From NCBI GenBank assembly GCA_031364845.1, contig JANLWX010000225.1, forward strand, positions 1 through 31,713: a stretch of 31,713 nt of DNA, written 5' to 3'. The notes beneath the pieces are model-generated. The model did no database searches. It was not told the DNA's origin and saw only the letters and a program-made list of their open reading frames with translations. A program made the translations under genes and the position numbers. This document shows positions 1 to 10,645 of this stretch, piece after piece (the stretch's first letter is position 1; the number at the start of each line of letters is the position of its first letter). Source of the DNA: Candidatus Eiseniibacteriota bacterium (lineage in GTDB: Bacteria > Eisenbacteria > RBG-16-71-46).

Positions 1-141
1 CCAGTTCACCCACATCCGCCGACCGAAACCCAAACATCCCTGGAAACAATCCGCCACCCTCAACGCTCCAGCGAAAACTGCCGGTGCAGGGAGGACATAA
101 TCACTTTGCAATTAGGCGGACATAATCACCTTGCAACGACA
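1..141 (+). mobile_element. Right end of an insertion sequence, probably IS1202/ISNCY-like (partial, runs off the window)
   Basis: Two 19-bp direct repeats, GGACATAATCACTTTGCAA (93-111) and GGACATAATCACCTTGCAA (118-136), followed by CGACA ending at 141. The reverse complement begins TGTCGTTGCAAGGTGATTATGTCC, a TGT-type end with tandem transposase-binding sites. Confidence 0.75.
2..100 (+). CDS. C-terminal tail of a probable transposase (partial)
   Basis: Frame 2 reads QFTHIRRPKPKHPWKQSATLNAPAKTAGAGRT*, with the TAA (98-100) inside the inner terminal repeat. A P-x-x-x-HPW tail is something I associate with IS1202/ISNCY transposases. Confidence 0.65.
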   Translation, partial: QFTHIRRPKPKHPWKQSATLNAPAKTAGAGRT

Positions 142-155
142 CGACGGAGCGCGGA

Positions 156-737
156 TTAGTAATGGATCGCCAACCGCGCGCTGGCGATCGTCCAGGTCTC
201 TTTTTCGAGGAACACCGCGAGCACGCCGAACTCCACACCCGCGCGCACCGGAGAGTGGGTCGACGTCTTGATCAGCGTGAGGTCGAGCGCGGCACCCGGC
301 GCCATCTCTTCGACCGCATACGGCGTGAACTCCAACCCGCCGCCTGAGGTCGCGAGTTCGGCCTTGGCGCTCACCAGCGCGGGGCCGAACGACACTCGCC
401 CGAGCGGGCCGAATCCTGCCGGCGTCCAGTGGAGCTTGAGCGAGGTCTCGAACAGGCTGTAGTCGAGGTTCGCGATCTGGGCGTCCTGTTCGAGCATCCG
501 GCTGCCGAGCAGCGCGAAGCCGACGTCCACGCCCAGCCGCAGCGCGGGTGCCACCGGATAGTCGATCCCGCCCGCGACCGAGAGCGAGCCGCCGGGCGAA
601 TCGGTAACGATCAGGTGCGAGTAGCCGAGCGACAGATGGCCGCCGAGCGAACCTTCTTCCGCCGCATGAGCGGAAGGGGAAACGAACGCGAGTGCCGCGA
701 GCGCCAGCGCAGCCGCAACGAAACGAAGTTCACGCAT
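156..737 (-). CDS. Secreted small outer-membrane beta-barrel-like protein
   Basis: Start moved to ATG 737 (MRELRFVAAALALAALAFVSPSAHA, signal peptide with AHA cleavage site), overlapping the ychF stop by 8 nt. Alternating hydrophobic strands and a C-terminal aromatic residue (RLAIHY). Confidence 0.65.
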   Translation of the reverse strand: MRELRFVAAALALAALAFVSPSAHAAEEGSLGGHLSLGYSHLIVTDSPGGSLSVAGGIDYPVAPALRLGVDVGFALLGSRMLEQDAQIANLDYSLFETSLKLHWTPAGFGPLGRVSFGPALVSAKAELATSGGGLEFTPYAVEEMAPGAALDLTLIKTSTHSPVRAGVEFGVLAVFLEKETWTIASARLAIHY

Positions 738-1785
738 TGAATCGGATCTCCAGGCAATCGCCATCGTGCACTTCGTAGTCGCGTCCTTCGAGCCGCAATT
801 GCCCGGCGGTGCGCGCGCCGGCAGTGCCGCCGAGTTCCACGAGCTTCTTCCAGTCGATCACTTCCGCGCGGATGAAGCCGCGGGCGAGGTCCGAATGGAT
901 CTCGCCCGCCGCGTCCACCGCGAATTCGCCGCGCCTGATCGTCCACGCCCGCACTTCGTCGGGACCGACGGTGAAGAACGAGATCAGCCCCAGCAATTCG
1001 TAGCATCCGCGGATCAGCAGCGACAGTCCGTCCTCGGTCATGCCGAGTTCGGCGCGGAACGCCGTTCGCTCCTCCGCGGGCAACGCCACGATCTCGCGCT
1101 CGAGGTTCGCCTGCAACGCCACCGAACGCGTCTCAGGACCGGGTTCGGGGGGCGTACTCTTCGAGTGCTCGTCCTGGTTGTACACCACCAGCAGCGGTTT
1201 CCGCGTCAGCAACTGGAATCCGCTGAGGATTTTTTCCTCCTCGGCGTCGAACGTCTCGGCGCGCAGCGCGTGCTCGGCTTCGAGCATCGTCTTGCAGCGT
1301 CCGAGCACCACGTGCTCGCGTTCGCCCTGCTTCTTGCCGATCCGCAGTTCCTTCTCGATGCGCTCCATGCGGGTTTCGACGATCGCGAGGTCGTTCACGA
1401 TCAACTCGGTCTCGAGATCGCGCAGGTCACGCGCGGAATCGACGCCCTTGATCGACGGCACGGCGGGGTTCTCGAAGTCCCGGATCACGGCCACCAGCAT
1501 GTCGCAGTTGCGCACGCCCGAGAACAGATCGGGACCCTTCGCGGCCACTCGCGCGCTCGTGTGTCCGGCGGCGGCGCTGTCCACGAACTGGATCTGCGTA
1601 TAGGTGGTCTTCTTCGGTTTGAACAGGAGTGCGAGACGGTCGATGCGATCATCGGGGACCCGCACCATGCCCACGTGATCGCGTGATCCGCCGCCGGCGG
1701 CAGCACTGCCCGCGCCCTGCGTGAGGATCTCGAACACGGTGGACTTGCCCGATTGCGGGAGCCCAAGAATTCCGACGCGCTTCAT
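730..1785 (-). CDS. ychF: YchF/Ola1-family (Obg-like) ATPase, divergent variant
   Basis: P-loop GLPQSGKST, VPDDRID..LFKPKK, and C-terminal TGS/DUF933 motifs FFTVGPDEVRAWTI, AAGEIHSDLARGFIRAEV, GRDYEVHDGD. Confidence 0.88.
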   Translation of the reverse strand: MKRVGILGLPQSGKSTVFEILTQGAGSAAAGGGSRDHVGMVRVPDDRIDRLALLFKPKKTTYTQIQFVDSAAAGHTSARVAAKGPDLFSGVRNCDMLVAVIRDFENPAVPSIKGVDSARDLRDLETELIVNDLAIVETRMERIEKELRIGKKQGEREHVVLGRCKTMLEAEHALRAETFDAEEEKILSGFQLLTRKPLLVVYNQDEHSKSTPPEPGPETRSVALQANLEREIVALPAEERTAFRAELGMTEDGLSLLIRGCYELLGLISFFTVGPDEVRAWTIRRGEFAVDAAGEIHSDLARGFIRAEVIDWKKLVELGGTAGARTAGQLRLEGRDYEVHDGDCLEIRFNA

Positions 1786-1837
1786 GCGGGAGCAGGTCTC
1801 CGGGAGGCGGATGCGGCGCTTGCCTGGCGCACATGCG

Positions 1838-1868
1838 ATCGCCCGCAGGATTCTGCCCTGCGGGCGAT
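1838..1868. repeat. Perfect 12-bp inverted repeat (hairpin) in the ychF upstream region
   Basis: ATCGCCCGCAGG (1838-1849), 7-nt loop, CCTGCGGGCGAT (1857-1868). No U-tract on either strand. Confidence 0.8.
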
Positions 1869-1879
1869 TACAGGCCGGA

Positions 1880-1909
1880 AGACTAGGGCGCGCTCGCGCG
1901 GAGTGTCAA
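1880..1909 (-). promoter_or_regulatory. Sigma70-type promoter for ychF
   Basis: Minus strand TTGACA (1909-1904), 18-nt spacer, TAGTCT (1885-1880). The -35 overlaps the stop codon of the upstream zf-HC2 gene. Confidence 0.6.
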
Positions 1910-2151
1910 TCGCTCTTGCGCCCTGCGCGGTACTCGAGAGCGAGCGCGGCCTGCAGTTGCGCGCTCACGGTGACCGGCACTTCCACTTCGCGGTCGGACT
2001 GATAGAGAACGATCGTCTTCTTCACCGAGTCGACGAGAAAACGGCAATCGCGACACTGGGTGAGATGCTGTTCGATCGTGCGGCACAGTTCCGCGCGGGA
2101 CTCTGGGTCCAGAAATTCTGCCAGCTGCTCCATCACCTCGCTGCAATCCAC
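1906..2151 (-). CDS. Small zf-HC2 (ZAS) anti-sigma factor-like protein, 81 aa
   Basis: N-terminal Cys (DCSEV) and HxxxCxxC (HLTQCRDC). GTG start at 2151 is preceded by a GGAGAG RBS. No transmembrane segment. Confidence 0.85.
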   Translation of the reverse strand: MDCSEVMEQLAEFLDPESRAELCRTIEQHLTQCRDCRFLVDSVKKTIVLYQSDREVEVPVTVSAQLQAALALEYRAGRKSD

Positions 2152-2419
2152 TGATACTCTCCGGGGCGGACCGGGAAACCAACTCGCAGCCACTCGATTG
2201 AGCGGCCATCGCGACCCCACGAAGCGGCCGATGAACGCTAGGACGATTGATCTGAACCAACGTCCCGGGCATCAGATGCAGGCGCCGAGGACATAGATTT
2301 GCAAAAATCTGACGGGAACCCAAGAAATTTCTCACTCGGCGGTCACACCCGCCGAAATTGCTGCAAAACGACCGATGTTGTTGCGGCTCCAGCAACAATA
2401 CTCGAAAACCTTGAAGTAA

Positions 2420-2495
2420 TGGTGACCCGTGTTGGGATCGAACCAACGACACCCTGATTAAAAGTCAGGTGCTCTACCGACTGAGCTAACGGGTC
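2420..2495 (-). tRNA. tRNA-Lys(TTT)
   Basis: 76 nt GACCCGTTAGCTCAGTCGGTAGAGCA-CCTGA CT TTT AA TCAGG-...GGTTCGATCCC...CGGGTCACCA. CCA is encoded. Confidence 0.97.
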
Positions 2496-2576
2496 ACGTG
2501 CACATTCGAGCATCCTGACTGCTGCCCGCATCCTCTCATAAGCCACGCGGCGGGCGCGGAGCAAACAGACCGGCGG

Positions 2577-3845
<1,269 letters not shown>

Positions 3846-3920
3846 TCGCGTCCCTCCTCCTCGAAAAAGCCGCGGGACGCTATCAGAGCGGGCACCCTTG
3901 GAGCAACGACGCGCGAATCC

Positions 3921-3960
3921 AAAATGGAAATCGGGGCTGGCGACTTCGGCACCGGCCCCG
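3921..3960 (-). terminator. Putative intrinsic terminator between serA and purA
   Basis: Minus strand CGGGGCCGG...CCAGCCCCG stem (one mismatch) followed by ATTTCCATTTT. Confidence 0.5.
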
Positions 3961-3984
3961 CAATTGAAATCGCCGGCGGAGGAA

Positions 3985-4896
3985 TCAGCGTCGCGCGAGG
4001 GTCTCGATCACGCGTTCGGCGACTTCGACTCCGGCGCGGTCCTGCGCCTCGCGCGTCGCGGCACCGAGGTGCGGTGTCGCGATCACATTCGGCAGCGTGA
4101 GCAGCGGATGCTCGCCCGGGGGCTCGGTGGCGAACACATCGAGCGCGGCACCTCGCAGCGCGCCGGCATTCAGCGCATCGAGCAGTGCCGTCTCATCGAC
4201 GATTCCCCCACGCGCGCAATTGACCAGCACCGCGTCGGGCTTCATGAGCGAAAGCTGGGCCTTGCCGATCAGGCCGCGCGTCGCCGCAACGAGCGGAACG
4301 TGAAGCGAGAGGTAGTCGACCTCAGGCAGCATCGCTTCCAGCGTCTTCTCGCGCACCCATCCGAATTCGGGCGGCCACGGATGGACCATCGGGTCGGAGG
4401 CGGAGACTTCGAGATCGAACGCGCGCGCGCGCATCGCGACTGCGCGTCCGATGTGGCCGAAGCCGACCAGACCGAGCCGTTTGCCCGCGATCTCGCGTCC
4501 CGAATATTTCGACTTCTCCCAGCGACCGTTTCGCAGATCGGTCGCGGCCGGAGCGAGGTGCCGTTCGAGCGCGAGCAGCAGTCCCAGCGTGAGCTCGGCG
4601 ACCGAGATGGTGTTGGCGGCGGGCGCGTTGAGCACCGCGATCCCGCGCTCACGCGCGGCTTTCACGTCGACGTTGTCGAGGCCGGTGCCCGCGCGGGCGA
4701 CTACTTTGAGGCCCGGCGTCTCGAGCACTTCCGCGGTGACCTTCGTGGCGCCCCGCACCAGCAGCGCGTCGGAGCCGGCGAGAGCCGCGACCAGTTCCGC
4801 GCCCTGCAATCCGCTCTTCTCGACCACATCGAAACCGGCGGCCTTCAGACGATCGACGGCCGCTGGCGCGAGCTTTTCGGCGATGAATGCCTTCAC
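3985..4896 (-). CDS. serA: D-3-phosphoglycerate dehydrogenase-like D-2-hydroxyacid dehydrogenase, short form without ACT domain
   Basis: ARAGTGLDNVD, NAPAANTISVAE, GFGHIG, NCARGGIVDE, LDVFATEP, TPHLGAATREAQ. The start was moved to GTG 4896 (VKAFIAEKL) to avoid overlap with the aminotransferase. Confidence 0.8.
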   Translation of the reverse strand: MKAFIAEKLAPAAVDRLKAAGFDVVEKSGLQGAELVAALAGSDALLVRGATKVTAEVLETPGLKVVARAGTGLDNVDVKAARERGIAVLNAPAANTISVAELTLGLLLALERHLAPAATDLRNGRWEKSKYSGREIAGKRLGLVGFGHIGRAVAMRARAFDLEVSASDPMVHPWPPEFGWVREKTLEAMLPEVDYLSLHVPLVAATRGLIGKAQLSLMKPDAVLVNCARGGIVDETALLDALNAGALRGAALDVFATEPPGEHPLLTLPNVIATPHLGAATREAQDRAGVEVAERVIETLARR

Positions 4897-4939
4897 TCGC
4901 GACCCGATTCCGTTTGGCCGCAGCGGCGCACGACGGCGG

Positions 4940-6106
4940 TCACGCGGCGTCCCACGCCGAACGCGCGACGTCCACCGCACCCGCGCTCGGCTTGCCGTTG
5001 GCGGTCGCGATTTCTTCGAGCGCGCTCACCATCGCGACGATGTCCGAGAGGTCGTAGGCGCCCATGTGGCCGACGCGGAAGATCTTGCCCTTCAGGTGAT
5101 CCTGGCCCCCGGCCACGACCATGCCGTGCACGTCGCGCAGGCGCTTGACCACGGTCGAGCCGTCGATACCCGCCGGCGGCGTGAACGCCGTCACCGCGTG
5201 CGACGGGCTGGAGGAGAACAACGCGTAGCCGGCGGCCTTGCCGCCGGCGCGCATCGCGCGCGCGAGCCGGCGATGACGCGTGTGGACCGCGTCGAGGCCT
5301 TCTTCCTTGATCATCAACAGCGCTTCCTCGAGCGCCAGGATCAGACTCACCGCCGGCGTGAACGCCGACTCTCCGATCGGGGCACTCTTGCGCGCCTTGC
5401 GCAGGTCGAAATACATGCGCGGAAGTCCGCGCTCGATGGCGGACGCCGCCCACGGGGCGAGGCTGACCGTCGCCACGCCGGGCGGCGCCATCAAACCCTT
5501 CTGCGAACCGCACACCACCACGTCGATGCCCCACGCGTCCTGCGGCAGCGGATGCACGCCGAGGCTCGTGATCGCGTCGATGACGAGCCGCTTGCCGCGC
5601 GCCTTCGTGATCTTGGCGAACGCTTCGACATCATGGATCGCGCCGGTCGAGGTCTCGCTGTGGGTTGCGAACACGGTGGTGATCGAAGGATCGCGCGCCA
5701 GCGCGGCCTCGACCAGTGCGGGGTCGACCGCCTTGCCCCACTCGGCATCGACCGAGTCGTGCGGCACGCCGAAGGCGTCGAGCAGGTTCTTCCAGCGCTC
5801 ACCGAACTTGCCGCCGATCACCGCGAGCGCCTTCTCCCCCGGCGACATCAGATTCGTGACCGCGGCTTCCATCGCACCGGTGCCCGAGGCGGCGAGCAGG
5901 AACACTTCACCCTCGGTCTGGTGCAGCTCGCGCATCGAGTTCGTGACGCGCTGGAAGGTCGCGCGGAACACTTCGGTGCGATGGTGCGGAGGAATCTGCG
6001 ACAGCGCGCGCAGCACGCGTGCCGGAATCTCGACCGGGCCCGGCGTGAACAGCCGCATACGGGTGAACGTCCGGGTGGCGGGCGCGGCAGAGGGCGTGAC
6101 GGTCAT
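4940..6106 (-). CDS. Class V PLP aminotransferase (alanine-glyoxylate/serine-pyruvate family)
   Basis: LFTPGP, SGTGAMEA, GKFGERW, HSETSTG, DAITS, PLP lysine in GSQKGLMAPPG, GGQDHLKGKIFRVGHMG. Confidence 0.93.
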   Translation of the reverse strand: MTVTPSAAPATRTFTRMRLFTPGPVEIPARVLRALSQIPPHHRTEVFRATFQRVTNSMRELHQTEGEVFLLAASGTGAMEAAVTNLMSPGEKALAVIGGKFGERWKNLLDAFGVPHDSVDAEWGKAVDPALVEAALARDPSITTVFATHSETSTGAIHDVEAFAKITKARGKRLVIDAITSLGVHPLPQDAWGIDVVVCGSQKGLMAPPGVATVSLAPWAASAIERGLPRMYFDLRKARKSAPIGESAFTPAVSLILALEEALLMIKEEGLDAVHTRHRRLARAMRAGGKAAGYALFSSSPSHAVTAFTPPAGIDGSTVVKRLRDVHGMVVAGGQDHLKGKIFRVGHMGAYDLSDIVAMVSALEEIATANGKPSAGAVDVARSAWDAA

Positions 6107-6119
6107 CGGTTCGGCTCCT

Positions 6120-8654
6120 TCAATGAGCGTAATGCGCGGAATCGCCGGGCTCGCCGGTCGGGGCCGGCTCCGCAGCGGCTGCGGGTGGACGATCGAGCGC
6201 GCGCTCGAGCACCTGATCCATGCTGTCGACCAGGACGAACTCCAGGCTCGCGCGCACTTCGTCGGGAATCTCGACCAGATCCTTCTCGTTCGCGCGCGGC
6301 AGCAGGATCGTCTTGATCCCGGCGCGCCGCGCGGCGACTGCCTTCTCGTTGAGTCCGCCGATCGGCAGCACGCTGCCGCGCAGCGTGATCTCGCCGGTCA
6401 TCGCCACGTCGGCACGCGTCGGCACTCCGGTGAGCGCGCTGATCAGTGCCACCGCCATCGTGATGCCGGCGGAGGGGCCGTCCTTGGGCATCGCGCCCTC
6501 GGGGACGTGAACGTGGATGTCGATGTCGCGATAGAACCACTTGTCGAGGCCCAGTTCCGCAGCGCGCGACCGCGCATACGACAGCGCCGCCTGCCCCGAC
6601 TCGCGCATCACGTCGCCGAGTTTGCCGGTCAGCTGCAGTTCGCCCTTGCCCGGCAGGATGCTGACTTCGATCGTGAGCACATCTCCGCCGGTCTCGGTCC
6701 ACGCGAGGCCGTTCGCCACGCCGATGCGCGCATGCTGTTCGACGACGGTGTCGAGGTAACGCGTGGGTCCGATCCACTTGTGGAGCACGGCTTCGGTGAT
6801 GGAGACCGGGTGCTTGAACTTGCCGGCCGCCTTCTTCTTCGCGACCTTGCGGCACAGCCCTGCGATCTCGCGCTCGAGGCTGCGCACGCCCGCTTCACGC
6901 GTGTAACGGTTCACCAGCGCGCGCAGCAGCGGAAGCCCGAGCTTGATGTCGCCCGGCTCGAGTCCGGCGGACGCGATCTGCTTGGGCACCAGGAACCGGC
7001 GCGCGATCTCCACCTTCTCGTTCTCGAGATAGCCCGGCAGCCGGATGATCTCCATGCGGTCGGCGAGGGCCGGCGGGATCGAGTACATCGAGTTCGCGGT
7101 GCAGATGAACATGACCTGGCTGAGATCGAAATCGACTTCCAGATAATGGTCGTTGAACGTGTGGTTCTGCTCCGGATCGAGCACCTCGAGCAGCGCCGCC
7201 GCCGGATCGCCGCGGAAATCGCTGCCGAGCTTGTCGATCTCATCGAGCAGGAACACCGGATTCTTCGCACCCGCGCGGCGCATGCTCTGGATCACGCGTC
7301 CCGGCATCGAGCCGATGTACGTGCGCCGGTGGCCGCGGATCTCCGCTTCGTCGCGCACGCCGCCCAGGGCCACGCGAATGAAGCGCCGCCCGAGCGCGCG
7401 CGCGATCGACTTGCCGAGCGAGGTCTTGCCCACGCCGGGCGGGCCGACGAAGCACAGGATCGGGCCGCGATTCTTGCCGGTCAGCTTCAGCACCGCGAGA
7501 TACTCGACGATCCGCTCCTTCACCTTGCGCAGGCCGAAATGATCCTCATCGAGCACCTTCTCGACCTGATCGATGTCGATCGGATCGCGCGTGAGCTTGC
7601 TCCACGGCAGCGCGCACAGCCAGTCGAGGTAGTTGCGCACCACCGTCGCCTCGGGCGACATGAAGCTCATCTTCGAGAGCCGGTCGAGCTCCTTCATCGC
7701 TTTCGCCACCACCTCGCGCGGCATGCGCGCCTTCTTGATGGCGGCGGTCATCTCGTCGATCTCGCTCGCGAACTCGTTCTGGTGACCGAGTTCCTTGCGG
7801 ATCGCCTTCAGCTGCTCGTTGAGATAGAACTCCTTCTGATTCTTGTGCACCTGCGAGCGCACCTGGCCTTCGATCTTGCGCTCGAGCTTCACGATTTCGA
7901 GTTCGCCCGCGAGCAGGTCGGAGAGCGCCTTCAGGCGCTCGCTCGCGCCTTCCACCTCGAGCAGCCGCTGCTTCTTGGGCACCTTGACCAGCAGCTGGGC
8001 CGCCACCGTGTGCGCGAGCGCCGCCGGATCGGTGATGTTGTTCGCCGTCAGCAGCACTTCGTCGGGGATGCGCCGGTTCAAGTGCACGTAGTCGGCGAAC
8101 AGCGCGAGCACGTGGCGCATCTGGGCCTCGACCTCGGCGCCCGCGAGGCGCATCTCGTCGATCACCTTCACGCGCACGGCGTACGAATCGCCCGACCAGC
8201 GGAACACTTCGACGCGGCAGCGGCAGATGCCCTCGACCAGCACGCGCATCGTGCCGTCGGGCAGCCGGAACAATTGCAGCACGCGCACGACGGTGCCGAC
8301 CGGGTAGAGCTCTTCGTGCGAGGGATCGGCGACTTCGCCGCGGCGCTGCGCGGTGACGAACAGCATGCGATCGCGCGAGACCGCCTTCTCGATCGCGTTG
8401 ATCGAAGGCTGGCGCCCGACCAGCAGCGGAATCGTCATGTACGGGAACACGACCACGTCGCGCAGCGGAAGCAGCGGCAGGCGGTCGGGGAATTCGAACG
8501 TCTCATCGCCGCGCGCGACACTCAACTGCTGGACCGGTTCGCGTTCCGTTCGCCGCGCGCGTGCGGTGGCGGGCTTCTTCGCGGATCGCGACGGCGGTTC
8601 GGGCGTGACCGGCGTCGGACGGGCCTTGCGGCTCTTCTTGCGGACAGGGGTCAC
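6120..8654 (-). CDS. lon: ATP-dependent Lon protease (LonA)
   Basis: [11 protein letters not shown]-domain, Walker [28 protein letters not shown], catalytic PKDGPSAG and GGLNEK. GAGGAG RBS before GTG 8654. Confidence 0.98.
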   Translation of the reverse strand: MTPVRKKSRKARPTPVTPEPPSRSAKKPATARARRTEREPVQQLSVARGDETFEFPDRLPLLPLRDVVVFPYMTIPLLVGRQPSINAIEKAVSRDRMLFVTAQRRGEVADPSHEELYPVGTVVRVLQLFRLPDGTMRVLVEGICRCRVEVFRWSGDSYAVRVKVIDEMRLAGAEVEAQMRHVLALFADYVHLNRRIPDEVLLTANNITDPAALAHTVAAQLLVKVPKKQRLLEVEGASERLKALSDLLAGELEIVKLERKIEGQVRSQVHKNQKEFYLNEQLKAIRKELGHQNEFASEIDEMTAAIKKARMPREVVAKAMKELDRLSKMSFMSPEATVVRNYLDWLCALPWSKLTRDPIDIDQVEKVLDEDHFGLRKVKERIVEYLAVLKLTGKNRGPILCFVGPPGVGKTSLGKSIARALGRRFIRVALGGVRDEAEIRGHRRTYIGSMPGRVIQSMRRAGAKNPVFLLDEIDKLGSDFRGDPAAALLEVLDPEQNHTFNDHYLEVDFDLSQVMFICTANSMYSIPPALADRMEIIRLPGYLENEKVEIARRFLVPKQIASAGLEPGDIKLGLPLLRALVNRYTREAGVRSLEREIAGLCRKVAKKKAAGKFKHPVSITEAVLHKWIGPTRYLDTVVEQHARIGVANGLAWTETGGDVLTIEVSILPGKGELQLTGKLGDVMRESGQAALSYARSRAAELGLDKWFYRDIDIHVHVPEGAMPKDGPSAGITMAVALISALTGVPTRADVAMTGEITLRGSVLPIGGLNEKAVAARRAGIKTILLPRANEKDLVEIPDEVRASLEFVLVDSMDQVLERALDRPPAAAAEPAPTGEPGDSAHYAH

Positions 8655-8711
8655 TGATGGCTCCTCGAGGCGCGTCCGGGGCGCGGCGACTCCGGTTGCG
8701 TGCCTTATCTA

Positions 8712-8744
8712 CAGAAACGGGCGGCCGCGAGTGGCGGCCGCCCG
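8712..8744 (-). terminator. Intrinsic terminator-like hairpin between clpX and lon
   Basis: 11-bp stem CGGGCGGCCGC/GCGGCCGCCCG with a 5-nt loop, followed on the minus strand by TTTCTGT. Confidence 0.6.
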
Positions 8745-8751
8745 CGAGATC

Positions 8752-10011
<1,260 letters not shown>

Positions 10012-10032
10012 GGAGATCCTCGCGGGGCCGGA

Positions 10033-10617
10033 TTACTTACGCTTGTCGATGATGTCGTCGATGATGCCGTACGTCTTGGCTTCCTCGGCCGACATGAAAT
10101 TGTCGCGGTCGGTGTCTTTCAGGATCGAGTCGATCGTGCGTCCGGTGTGGTGCCCGAGAATTCCGTTCAGGCGCTCGCGCATCTTCAGCATTTCGCGCGT
10201 GTAGATCTCGATGTCCGTGGCCTGTCCCTGCGTTCCGCCGAGCGGCTGGTGGATCATGATGCGGGAGTTCGGCAGCGCGGAGCGCTTGCCTTTGGCGCCC
10301 GCCGCGAGCAGCACCGCGGCCATGCTCGCCGCCTGACCCATGCACAGCGTGGCGATGTCGGGCTTCACGAACTGCATCGTATCGTAGATGGCAAGTCCCG
10401 CCGTGACCATTCCGCCCGGGCTGTGGATGTAAATGTTGATGTCCCGGTCCGGATCCTCGCCCTCAAGGAAGATCATCTGCGCGATCACCAGATTCGCGAT
10501 GTTGTCGTCGATCGGCGTCCCGATGAAGATGATGCGGTCCTTGAGCAGCCGCGAATAGATGTCGTAGGCGCGCTCGCCCCGGCCCGTTTGCTCGACGACG
10601 ATGGGAACTAGACCCAT
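10033..10617 (-). CDS. clpP: ATP-dependent Clp protease proteolytic subunit
   Basis: [16 protein letters not shown], and catalytic triad motifs GQAASM, MIHQP and RDNF. Confidence 0.99.
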   Translation of the reverse strand: MGLVPIVVEQTGRGERAYDIYSRLLKDRIIFIGTPIDDNIANLVIAQMIFLEGEDPDRDINIYIHSPGGMVTAGLAIYDTMQFVKPDIATLCMGQAASMAAVLLAAGAKGKRSALPNSRIMIHQPLGGTQGQATDIEIYTREMLKMRERLNGILGHHTGRTIDSILKDTDRDNFMSAEEAKTYGIIDDIIDKRK

Positions 10618-10645
10618 AACCCTTCACTCCTCCCTGAAGTGCCTT

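Noticed and set aside
93..136. Direct repeat as a possible CRISPR or iteron array
   Set aside because: There are only two copies, 6 nt apart, ending in ACA next to a transposase-like tail. An IS end explains it better.
146..173. GGAGCGCGGAT just outside the IS end, loosely like a XerC arm of dif
   Set aside because: There is no XerD-arm match (TTATGTTAAAT-like) at the 6-nt spacing, and the sequence runs into a coding region.
1883..2564. ORFs 1883-2452 and 2343-2564 on the minus strand
   Set aside because: They overlap tRNA-Lys and the zf-HC2 gene and have no protein-like motifs.
3846..3984. Purine or ZTP riboswitch upstream of purA
   Set aside because: The conserved core sequences of these riboswitches were not recognisable.
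6330..6370. Lon GGLNEK instead of GGLKEK as a possibly inactive protease
   Set aside because: The catalytic Lys is the last K of this motif, 43 residues after the catalytic Ser, and it is retained.
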